From IMG/VR virus record IMGVR_UViG_3300005676_000004: a stretch of 64,000 nucleotides of DNA; one strand, given 5' to 3'. Made by a program: the position numbers and the translations under genes. This document shows, piece by piece, positions 8,750 through 16,816 of this stretch. Origin of the DNA: a virus. The first letter of the stretch is position 1. Every line of letters starts with the position of its first letter. The notes beneath the pieces are model-generated. The model did no database searches and was not told the origin of the DNA. It saw nothing but the letters and a program-made list of their open reading frames with translations.

Positions 8750-9310
8750 TTAGTCGTTGTTGTTAAAAAATTCATCGTCTATGAGTACCCAAAGGTCTCT
8801 GCCGTGTCGATTACCCCATGCGTCTCTACACCAGTGCATGTAGAGTGCATCATCAATACGATAACCGTCATACCACTCTTTGCAGTCCCAACCTTGTGTC
8901 TTCGGCCCTTCCCAAACTAGTTTAGCTGTAGATACGTTTGATACCATATCCGGATCAATTGTATCCTCGGAGATGTAGTCGGATTCGTCAGGTCTGACGT
9001 GGCCATCGAGATGGTGTCCAAATTTCAATAATTCCTTCAGTTTTTCCAGCAATTCTTCTGTTTCGTGAATTGCAGACTCGATATTTCGACTGTCTTGGTA
9101 GCTGTCGGCACTTGATATGTTGCCAACACAAGATGTAACTTCGCTCAATGCTGATTCTACCTCCGTGTGAGCCGAATCATATTCATCTCGTTCACCTTCC
9201 CACTCTTCAGATACCCATGTACCGTGATCCTGCATCCACTCTTGACGATCCCAATCAGCCAAGAAGTTCTCAATTGCCTCGCTTACTCGTGTTGTTTCTG
9301 TAGTGTTCAT
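8750..9310 (-). CDS. acidic hypothetical protein
   Basis: 186 aa, about a quarter D/E by hand count. Confidence 0.7.
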   Translation of the reverse strand: MNTTETTRVSEAIENFLADWDRQEWMQDHGTWVSEEWEGERDEYDSAHTEVESALSEVTSCVGNISSADSYQDSRNIESAIHETEELLEKLKELLKFGHHLDGHVRPDESDYISEDTIDPDMVSNVSTAKLVWEGPKTQGWDCKEWYDGYRIDDALYMHWCRDAWGNRHGRDLWVLIDDEFFNNND

Positions 9311-9315
9311 GGTGT

Positions 9316-10014
9316 TTATGGTTTGTCAATGATTGCGATTCGTACACAACTGTCATCGGTGTCTATGAAGTACAACGAACTTTTGGCAACATCGATGTTA
9401 GGTGTCTTGGTCGGATGATTGTGGTAGATCGTCATGTCTTTTGCGTACTCCACAAACTTCACTATGTCGTTAAACGTTAGACCACTAAGTTTTTTCGATG
9501 GGTCGATGTAAACTTCAAAGTAGTCAATGGCAGATTGTGTGAGTGTGTAGGTGTTCACCTTGTTGTCAGAAAGGTTAACGTTGTGTGTGTTTATTTTCTC
9601 AAACCGTTGAATAGTTCCAATGACTATTTGATTACGGTTTTTCTTGAAATGGTTCATGAATGCTGGAGTTAATAGTTCATCAACAGCAGACTCAATTTGC
9701 CCCATTGTAGGGGTTTCAATCATACGACGTCGAAGTACGTCAAGAGTCTCGTCTATAAGCGAGTTGATGGTAAACTCTTCATTTCCGTATATCATTGTCG
9801 TCTCCTCTCTCAGTGTTTTCAGTCGTTGAATAGTTCCGAGGATTATTTGATTGCGATTGCGTCTTTCATTTGCTCTGAAGGTGGGGAGTAGTACCTCATC
9901 AACAGCAGACTCAATTTGCCCTAGTGTAGAGTTTTCAATTCCACGTTGTGTGAGAGTATCAAGAGTCAACCCTATGAGCAAATTGATACGAAACTCTTCA
10001 TCTCCGTAATACAT
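9316..10014 (-). CDS. hypothetical protein with two copies of a ~73-aa repeat (family F5) plus a C-terminal domain
   Basis: YGDEEFRIN..QIESAVDEVL..QIILGTIQR occurs twice. Confidence 0.75.
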   Translation of the reverse strand: MYYGDEEFRINLLIGLTLDTLTQRGIENSTLGQIESAVDEVLLPTFRANERRNRNQIILGTIQRLKTLREETTMIYGNEEFTINSLIDETLDVLRRRMIETPTMGQIESAVDELLTPAFMNHFKKNRNQIVIGTIQRFEKINTHNVNLSDNKVNTYTLTQSAIDYFEVYIDPSKKLSGLTFNDIVKFVEYAKDMTIYHNHPTKTPNIDVAKSSLYFIDTDDSCVRIAIIDKP

Positions 10015-10235
10015 TAGTGCTTTTCCTCTCTCAGTGTTTTTATTCGTTGAATAAGCACCATGATTATTTGTCTACGTTTGCTTCTGAAATGAGACATGAA
10101 AGTTGGAGCTAACACTTCGTCAACAGCAGACTCAATTTTTGCAAACGAAGGATACTTAACCCCACGATCCTTCAGTATGTCAAGAGCTTCAGTTGCAAGC
10201 GAGTTGATGGTAAACTCTTCATCTCCGTAAGTCAT
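10014..10235 (-). CDS. hypothetical protein, single F5 repeat
   Basis: MTYGDEEFTINS..KIESAVDEVL; GGAG RBS before ATG 10235. Confidence 0.7.
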   Translation of the reverse strand: MTYGDEEFTINSLATEALDILKDRGVKYPSFAKIESAVDEVLAPTFMSHFRSKRRQIIMVLIQRIKTLREEKH

Positions 10236-10278
10236 TGTCGTTCTCCGTGGCTGATGTTTGTTGGTGACGGTAAAGTGG

Positions 10279-10401
10279 TTTTGCGACAATTCTCGCGACA
10301 AAGTGTCGCAAAAATGTTGTTTCCCGACAATAATCCCGACATTGTGTCGGAATTCAAGTGACTTGCTTGATGTCTCAGCAATAATCCCGACATTGTGTCG
10401 G
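10279..10401. promoter_or_regulatory. three operator-like palindromes S-CGACA-N3-TGTCG-S
   Basis: GCGACAAAGTGTCGC (10295), CCGACATTGTGTCGG (10336 and 10387); first two preceded by an extra CGACA half site; intergenic. Confidence 0.6.
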
Positions 10402-10427
10402 CAAAAGCTAAAAAGTTTTTACAGATT
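10402..10427. repeat. repeat caaaagctaaaaagttttttacagat, also at 11032-11057
   Basis: Identical sequence spanning the stop codons of two adjacent minus-strand genes. Confidence 0.8.
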
Positions 10428-11009
10428 GTTCTGTCTTCTGAAGTCTTCCACATCCTTCCGGTGCTTCAGTGCATCCCCTTTAGTCTTGAAACGGTTTCCA
10501 GAGTCATAATGGTAGTGGTTAAGTGGATTATCACCCCATACTGTCTCAGTAGCCTCACCTTTATCATTGATGTAGAAGTAGGTGTCTCCGTAGTTGGGTT
10601 TCCACGGTGTGGTTGAAGGCCACGATCCGACATCAAAAAATTTACAATCTTTTAATTGTACAGACATTTGTATTGGCTTGTTACTGTATAACGAGTTCGC
10701 TCGTGGTTCTAGTACAAGTATTGCATCAAAATACTGGATGTACTTACCAGTGTATGGAAGTACATCTAGTACCATAGCCATGTTGTCTCCACGTTTTGTA
10801 CTCCACCAAACTTGGAATAATTTACCAACGATTGACTTTTTGTCTATGGGGTCTGTCTTTATTTCTAGACGTAGGGAGTCGTAACAGTTTCCGTGATTAT
10901 AACGATGGTTGTCAAGTACGCCGTCGTTCCACGTCTCTTTGGTGGGCACACCATCCCTATTTACGTGGTAGTAGGTTTCCCCAATTTTCGGTTTCCATCG
11001 TGCCATCAC
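10419..11009 (-). CDS. hypothetical protein with two family-F1 domains flanking a central domain
   Basis: WKPKIGETYY..W..RYNHGNCY and WKPNYGDTYF..W..YDSGNRFKT. Confidence 0.75.
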   Translation of the reverse strand: MMARWKPKIGETYYHVNRDGVPTKETWNDGVLDNHRYNHGNCYDSLRLEIKTDPIDKKSIVGKLFQVWWSTKRGDNMAMVLDVLPYTGKYIQYFDAILVLEPRANSLYSNKPIQMSVQLKDCKFFDVGSWPSTTPWKPNYGDTYFYINDKGEATETVWGDNPLNHYHYDSGNRFKTKGDALKHRKDVEDFRRQNNL

Positions 11010-11048
11010 TCTCTCCTTCGTCTTTGGTTGGCAAAAGCTAAAAAGTTT

Positions 11049-11366
11049 TTACAGATGTGTTTCGTTAGGTAGTGCGACAAGGCCTCGGACATCATAGGGA
11101 ATACCCATCATATCCTCTTCCTTGATTTCGTCAAGAACCGTCACATCAACGTTAGCATCTCCGATGTTGATGTCGCTAATCACCTCCCTCATAGATTCGC
11201 CTACAGCCAAAGCGAGACCAAGGGACTTATTGCAAGCCACCTGAAGTGGCTCGTGCTTGGCGGCAGCTCGACATACCAGTCTCGCTTCTTGTTCGGAGTC
11301 GGCTTCAACGTCAATAGAAAAAACAGCCGAAACCTCAAACTCCACTCTGTAGTATGGCATTGTCAA
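11049..11366 (-). CDS. hypothetical phage protein (VEAxSExEA motif)
   Basis: YRVEFEV..IDVEADSEQEAR; GGAG RBS. Confidence 0.65.
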   Translation of the reverse strand: MTMPYYRVEFEVSAVFSIDVEADSEQEARLVCRAAAKHEPLQVACNKSLGLALAVGESMREVISDINIGDANVDVTVLDEIKEEDMMGIPYDVRGLVALPNETHL

Positions 11367-11746
11367 TTCTCCTCCATTGTGGGGAATGTAAGTCCGTACC
11401 TTTTAGCGACGGAACGGAATTCCTTCTCCCATTCACGGGGAGCATACGTGTCGTGGGTGAACTGTACGGAGCAAAGTAGGTTGGGATTGAGGCCTTGAAG
11501 GGACGGCGTTCCTTTGGTGACGAGTTTGGCAGCACTCTTCCTCTCCATCGTTTTGTCGTACTCTTCGTCAGGAATCAGTGCGCCAACCGGACACATCATT
11601 CCATCTTCTCCACGGTATGCACAGTGTTCAACAATCTCCCCAGAAGAACGTAGTTCTATAATCACACTACGTTTTCCTTGCTTCAGGGCATGTCGTACAG
11701 CCCTGTCGAATGCTTCTTGATCCGTGTACGTGTGGGTGGTCTTCAT
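11363..11746 (-). CDS. hypothetical protein, family F3
   Basis: QEAFDRAVRHALKQGKRS..CAYRGEDGMMCPVGALIPDEEY. Confidence 0.75.
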   Translation of the reverse strand: MKTTHTYTDQEAFDRAVRHALKQGKRSVIIELRSSGEIVEHCAYRGEDGMMCPVGALIPDEEYDKTMERKSAAKLVTKGTPSLQGLNPNLLCSVQFTHDTYAPREWEKEFRSVAKRYGLTFPTMEEN

Positions 11747-11784
11747 CGCTCTCTCCTTCGTCGTTGGTTGGGTTTGAGTGTTGG

Positions 11785-11811
11785 TACGTTCCCGTGAGCC
11801 AAAAGTTTCAC
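11785..11811 (-). promoter_or_regulatory. ECF-sigma-type promoter motif
   Basis: G-TGAAAC-N16-CGTA (exact SigW consensus), 39 nt upstream of ATG 11746. Confidence 0.65.
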
Positions 11812-11875
11812 TGCGGTTTCAACAATTCCGTAAAACTACGGTATCCTATCCAGGACGGGAGAAACTCACGTCGCA

Positions 11876-11904
11876 ATACTACAACAAAAATTCGAGAAAA
11901 GCAA
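11876..11904 (-). promoter_or_regulatory. sigma70-like promoter
   Basis: TTGCTT-N17-TAGTAT with TG just before the -10. Confidence 0.5.
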
Positions 11905-11941
11905 GCCCTTTCTCGGCACACACCTAAAAAATATTCCTCAC

Positions 11942-12781
11942 TTAACTCTTAGGATGTGCATCTTTAATGTCTTGCATCGTCGGCAACTTCCTCATATTCT
12001 TACCAAGTAGCCCCTCTCTATTCATTCTTTTTACCAATTGCTGCAACCATTTCTTTTGTTCTGCTGAGTTCTTTATGCTCTCTAAGACCCAGTACAGCGG
12101 TGGATTTAATATGAATAGGTCAATGAGTGTTAACGTATCCCATTCATTCCGGTGACGTTCCTTGATCTGTTTAATAGCGTGAATTTGTGCTTGTATCTCT
12201 ATGTAGCTAGCATTGACGGAAGAGACACCTAACAATTTCTGCAAACCCTTAGCACCGTCATCGGGTGAGGAAAACCTCGATGAAAACTCTGGAGTATGAA
12301 ACTTTCGGTTTATATGGAAGCTATTGACGCTGTCATCTATCCAGTGAGCTAGCTCGTGGCTGATAGTTCCTTTTAGTCGTGCTACGGATAGCTCATTTTT
12401 AAACAGCATCTGTTGATGCTTCGCTATGCTAGACTGAAGATTTTTGTATATGATCTCTAATATCTGATAAGGAATGTTAATGACAATGTGTTTAAGAGCT
12501 GGAGCATAATGTGACTCTGTGTCCCCGACGCGAAAGAATATCTTTACAGGGTTCATCGCGTGAGCTTTCTTACAGTCGTCACTTACTAGCGCACTGCTAT
12601 CTGTCTCGAAGACGGTAACCTTTGATTTAGTGACGTATCCACGATTTTTGGTGAATATGTCGTATGGACGTTTCCCCGCCTCAATGTCGGATACTAGCTG
12701 AGAGAGTCCCTTCTCGTACAGAGTATCCACGTCATCCTGGATGTTGTACAGTGATTCAATGAGCAAATCTCGTAGTTTCAT
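11942..12781 (-). CDS. HExxH zinc metallopeptidase-like protein, possibly virion-associated
   Basis: TISHELAHWID with downstream EIQAQ; start refined to MKLRDLLIE; TATTTAT 41 nt upstream. Confidence 0.6.
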   Translation of the reverse strand: MKLRDLLIESLYNIQDDVDTLYEKGLSQLVSDIEAGKRPYDIFTKNRGYVTKSKVTVFETDSSALVSDDCKKAHAMNPVKIFFRVGDTESHYAPALKHIVINIPYQILEIIYKNLQSSIAKHQQMLFKNELSVARLKGTISHELAHWIDDSVNSFHINRKFHTPEFSSRFSSPDDGAKGLQKLLGVSSVNASYIEIQAQIHAIKQIKERHRNEWDTLTLIDLFILNPPLYWVLESIKNSAEQKKWLQQLVKRMNREGLLGKNMRKLPTMQDIKDAHPKS

Positions 12782-12822
12782 GTTGTCTGAGCGATAGAAC
12801 GTGATTGGATAACTGTGTCTCC

Positions 12823-12829
12823 ATAAATA
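12823..12829 (-). promoter_or_regulatory. candidate late promoter TATTTAT
   Basis: Sense-strand motif shared with 13168, 49869, 50539, 54609. Confidence 0.4.
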
Positions 12830-13406
12830 GTCTTGGTGGTGACTTCCGTGGTGACTTCCGGGGTGTCTCGGCACACATACAAGAGGATAGAAATAAAATA
12901 GATACATATACACGTAAGCAATATACAATAGCTACTATAGCTGTTAGTTCTTTCCCCCATGTATAGACACCACACGCACACCTATATACCAAGCTATATA
13001 GATGCTCCACCCCTTCAGTGACCTTACCTCCCAGGATATGGTGTCCGTGTCAGGAAGTATGTATCATCCCTTGCAGTAAGCTAGGAAGACAATGGATCGG
13101 TATATGCTTATATGGGTATATACGAGGATATTATGGCGTAAATGGTAGTGATGTTATCGTGGACTTGTATTTATAAGAGAGACAAGCGAAGACGGCAGGA
13201 CTATTGTGAAATTTTGTTCACAGAAGGATGAAGAGCTAGGATGAAGCTATGAATTTTTTTGATCAGTTCTTGGTTTCTCGTGTTTGCGGTAGAGACAGCT
13301 TTGGATTTTTTCTGTGATACTGCTAAACAGCTTTGTGCTTTCTTGGCCTGTAGGATGAAACCATTTTAATAAAGTGGGGGTTTTTAGGAATTTTAGGAAT
13401 ATTTTT

Positions 13407-14228
13407 ATGGAAGATTCAATAAAAAACACAACAAAAAGTTCAAGTACTGGGGGCCGGCCCGCACTTGAATTAACAGAAAAACTTATAAGATATGCAATGG
13501 CAAACACTTGGAGTAACACGGAAGCAGCAAAGTTTCTTGGTGTGAACTACAAGACGTATAGATGGTATGCTAAGCTGTATCGAGAACCGGATGGCAGGAC
13601 ACTGTTTGAAGTACATAAAAAAGTTTCTTTTGATCCGGAGCGGATGAGGAACATCAGAAAGAAAAAAAGTGATAAATCTTATTCTTGTAACAAAGGTTAT
13701 AAAGAAAAGCTCGAAGACATTCTTGCAGGGAAACACCAGGGATATTCACCAAGGAAGTTACGTAAAAGAATTTTACTGTCTGGGTGGATTGAACCAATCT
13801 GTGCAAACTGTGCATGGAATGAATCGAGAGTGACGGATGGAAATTATCCGTTGCTCATCAATTTTAAGGATACAAATTGGAGAAACTGTCACCAAGACAA
13901 CATCGAGCTGTTGTGCTTTAACTGTTATTTTCTGTTGGTGCGGTCACCGTCACGTTCATTCCAGGGATGGAGCTATGGTAAGTTCAGGAAGCAAGTACGT
14001 GCTGATGGGAAACCAAAAGGTTATGGTTCACGGAGATGGAATAAAGAGCACGGGGTCACTGAGAGTTACCGCGTACGTCGGTATAAGCAGCTTCTGGAGC
14101 TGAATGAGGAATACCGAATTAAGTACGGTGAGGACGCGGTGATAAAGGATATTCGAGTACCGTGGGAAATCAGTGGGTATCCAGAAGGTAAAGAGAAGGA
14201 TACCAATGTTGATGGTACGCCGATATAA
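13407..14228 (+). CDS. HTH plus degenerate HNH zinc-finger protein
   Basis: EAAKFLGVNYKTY (HTH); CANC...LLINFKDTNWRN..DNIELLCFNCY (HNH fold, catalytic His positions replaced). Confidence 0.7.
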   Translation: MEDSIKNTTKSSSTGGRPALELTEKLIRYAMANTWSNTEAAKFLGVNYKTYRWYAKLYREPDGRTLFEVHKKVSFDPERMRNIRKKKSDKSYSCNKGYKEKLEDILAGKHQGYSPRKLRKRILLSGWIEPICANCAWNESRVTDGNYPLLINFKDTNWRNCHQDNIELLCFNCYFLLVRSPSRSFQGWSYGKFRKQVRADGKPKGYGSRRWNKEHGVTESYRVRRYKQLLELNEEYRIKYGEDAVIKDIRVPWEISGYPEGKEKDTNVDGTPI

Positions 14229-14230
14229 TA

Positions 14231-14266
14231 AAAAACGGTAAGGCTACAGGTTACCCTACCGTTTTT
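14231..14266. terminator. bidirectional intrinsic terminator
   Basis: AAAAACGGTAAGG / CCCTACCGTTTTT stem right after stop 14228, between convergent genes. Confidence 0.7.
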
Positions 14267-14325
14267 CGGAGAAGATAACTGATGGATGTACCAGTTACCA
14301 ATACTAATTGCCAAATTTATAGAAA

Positions 14326-14341
14326 TGTTCCACGTGAAACA
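14326..14341. other. parS centromere-like site (canonical ParB/Spo0J binding sequence)
   Basis: TGTTCCACGTGAAACA matches consensus TGTTNCACGTGAAACA at all positions; intergenic. Confidence 0.8.
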
Positions 14342-14354
14342 TTTTTAGTTTCCC

Positions 14355-14501
14355 GATGAAGGGGGCAAACTACACTAGGCGGATGAGTTTCTGTTTTACT
14401 ACTGTATAGGTGTTACCCTATATTCCGCCTAGTGCTTGCTTGCCGTTTTGCCGATCATCAAGCGAGAGGTCAACAGGAGGATATAAGCGAACTCTCTCGT
14501 T
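14355..14501. ncRNA. candidate structured RNA or cis element
   Basis: Nested stems GATGA/TCATC, GGCAA/TTGCC, CACTAGGCGGA/TCCGCCTAGTG (11 bp perfect), TATAGG/CCTATA, plus a second hairpin AGCGAGAG/CTCTCGTT. Confidence 0.4.
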
Positions 14502-14572
14502 CAATAACCGTTCAATGACCATGTAACAAATATACGGAGTTCCTACGAGAAATCCAAATTAATTTTTGTTCA

Positions 14573-16039
14573 TTAACAGCTACCGTCAAACTTATCATCA
14601 AAGAGCCAGTCTAAAATAGTGTCCTCTATGATGTTTTTATTCCAAAAATCGTTTAGAGTGAAGAAAACATCACGTTCAGCATCTTCAAATCGTTTGCCCA
14701 TACAGCCTACAACTACACTCGTGTAGTCTGCAATCAAAGAGTCAAGTTCGCTCTCGTACATATCAATAAATTCTTTTCGTACTGCCTCGCGATACTTGTT
14801 TATAATATCAAAGGTTAGTGTATGATACCTCATACCGCCATCTTCATCTTTTTTAGGATAGATTAACTTCGGTATGAACCAACTTGGGATACCAAGAACC
14901 ATAGACTTGTTCTCATGAAACAGCGGATATTCATGGCCATCAAGCATGATGGATGCGGGAAGATCAATAGCTACCTCAAAGTTTTCAGAGCTTGATCGAA
15001 ACCTAGACAGTTGACCATTGAACTGTTCGCTATATCTATGCAAAAACTCCTGCCATGTTGGGAGATTGAGGTGTCCGTTTCTGTCAGTGCTGTAAAAGAG
15101 TAAATCATCAATTTGTTTATCAAGTGGCGTAAAGTCATTAAACTCTTTTATGTATCCATAGAATATATCTCGGAATGACGGTGGAAACCCTTGGGTACCG
15201 AAAACAAACTCCGTCTCAGCGGCGGTTACTGGAACTATAGGCATCAAGCAGGAATAACCTATAACACCTTGAACGCTTGGTATACGCATGTAATTCGGCA
15301 GGACGCGGTATCCTTTACCAAAGATACTATCGTTGACAAAGTCACTTTTAAATGCACTACGCCTCTTAAACTCGTATGCTATCTCTAGTGCAATATCACC
15401 CATCCAACCGTCTGTTGTTTCTACGGTTGATTCTTTCAACATCGTATAACCATACAATGCCTTAACAGACTTCAGTATACGATCTAAAGAATTATAGTAA
15501 CCACGACCATACTCGTTATAAATAGTTGACCCACCAATCGCACCCAACGTACACTCAATTCTCAGTATGGTAGTGTAAATAAACTCAAGTCTACTAAGAT
15601 GTAAAAATTTACTAGCTACCCGAGAGATTTGTTGTACGTCATCAACTGAGAATACAAACTCTGTTGTGTGAGGTATGGATAGCTCAATACGACGTACATC
15701 CAGCTCTTTGATCTGCCTTCTAACGAACTTACGGTTGGATGAGTCCTTTGTTAGTAGGACGTCACCGTGCTCATCAGTTGCATAGGCATCTGCAAGACTA
15801 TCCATTATTGAATAGAATGAAGGTGCAGGGGGTGAGTCCAATACCTCAAAATATTCATGGAAAAGGTGATCTTCATCAAGTGTTGTAAAGAGTTCATCAA
15901 TCCTCGTAGAAGATATGAACGTATGCAACTTTTCACGGCGTGGATACCGTGTGATGTCATCTGCACTGAACGGTGGTAGTGCTACTGTTGATTTATTCTG
16001 ATAGAAGTCAGAAGGCAGTCCTGGGTGAAATCGTTTCAT
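14573..16039 (-). CDS. large hypothetical protein (488 aa)
   Basis: Long ORF, no motif recognised. Confidence 0.8.
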   Translation of the reverse strand: MKRFHPGLPSDFYQNKSTVALPPFSADDITRYPRREKLHTFISSTRIDELFTTLDEDHLFHEYFEVLDSPPAPSFYSIMDSLADAYATDEHGDVLLTKDSSNRKFVRRQIKELDVRRIELSIPHTTEFVFSVDDVQQISRVASKFLHLSRLEFIYTTILRIECTLGAIGGSTIYNEYGRGYYNSLDRILKSVKALYGYTMLKESTVETTDGWMGDIALEIAYEFKRRSAFKSDFVNDSIFGKGYRVLPNYMRIPSVQGVIGYSCLMPIVPVTAAETEFVFGTQGFPPSFRDIFYGYIKEFNDFTPLDKQIDDLLFYSTDRNGHLNLPTWQEFLHRYSEQFNGQLSRFRSSSENFEVAIDLPASIMLDGHEYPLFHENKSMVLGIPSWFIPKLIYPKKDEDGGMRYHTLTFDIINKYREAVRKEFIDMYESELDSLIADYTSVVVGCMGKRFEDAERDVFFTLNDFWNKNIIEDTILDWLFDDKFDGSC

Positions 16040-16053
16040 GGTGATTGTGGTGA

Positions 16054-16608
16054 TTATTGTAAAATTATTTTTGTTAGTGCCGAATGTACCGTGTCAGACT
16101 CATACCACCGAGACGTCCATACGACTCGCAAGGTCATAGTGTCACCCACCATGTCTAAGGTAGGTGCTATTACACCCGAGAAGTTACCGTCGTCGTCTGT
16201 GTACGATGCACCATTTACAGTGGGTACCATCATTGAGTCTGGTGTGACGAAGTGTAGCGTGTCAACGTTTACCCAGAAACCAGAATCGTTTACATTTCTA
16301 CGTACGATGGTAACCGCAGTGTCACCTGGCTCAAACCACCAGAACAACGAACTCTCCCAGATCACACGCTGGGGATACTTTGCCTTGTTATCCGATAGTG
16401 GTATAAGTTTACCTTCCAAGCGATGGATCGTCTGGTATCGATTCCTGTCGAGTGTAAGGTAGTAAAAATCTCCAACCTTCGGTAACCTACCGTCCAGGTC
16501 AATAGTGTACTTCCCTTCCTCGTACGTTGAAGCAGGATCCGTACAAGAGCACAAAAATGCTACCATAGCGATGATGATCGCGTGTAAGCTAGTTCTCATG
16601 GCTTTCAT
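16054..16608 (-). CDS. putative lipoprotein
   Basis: Hydrophobic signal ending FLCSC (lipobox) followed by a beta-rich region. Confidence 0.6.
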   Translation of the reverse strand: MKAMRTSLHAIIIAMVAFLCSCTDPASTYEEGKYTIDLDGRLPKVGDFYYLTLDRNRYQTIHRLEGKLIPLSDNKAKYPQRVIWESSLFWWFEPGDTAVTIVRRNVNDSGFWVNVDTLHFVTPDSMMVPTVNGASYTDDDGNFSGVIAPTLDMVGDTMTLRVVWTSRWYESDTVHSALTKIILQ

Positions 16609-16816
16609 GTGTTTTGGTGGTAAGGTGGTGCATCATCACGTCTTCCGTGTATCTCTGAAGATGTAACGATGACGTTAGGTTGTCGCCTATCCCTAGCGTT
16701 AAAACTACAGCTATAGTAAAAGACGGAGGCACTAGAGCATCATACCCCAGTGCCAACGCCGTAATGCAGATAATAACATCCACAGCTATCAACCACGATA
16801 ATAACTTTTTTTTCAT
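16589..16816 (-). CDS. small membrane protein
   Basis: MKKKLLSWLIAVDVIICITALALG..; two hydrophobic segments; start refined. Confidence 0.55.
   Translation of the reverse strand: MKKKLLSWLIAVDVIICITALALGYDALVPPSFTIAVVLTLGIGDNLTSSLHLQRYTEDVMMHHLTTKTHESHEN

Noticed and set aside
14361-14445. c-di-GMP-I riboswitch (GGCAAAC...TTGCC)
   Set aside because: Lacks the GNRA tetraloop, GACGCAAA junction and receptor; kept only as an unassigned structure
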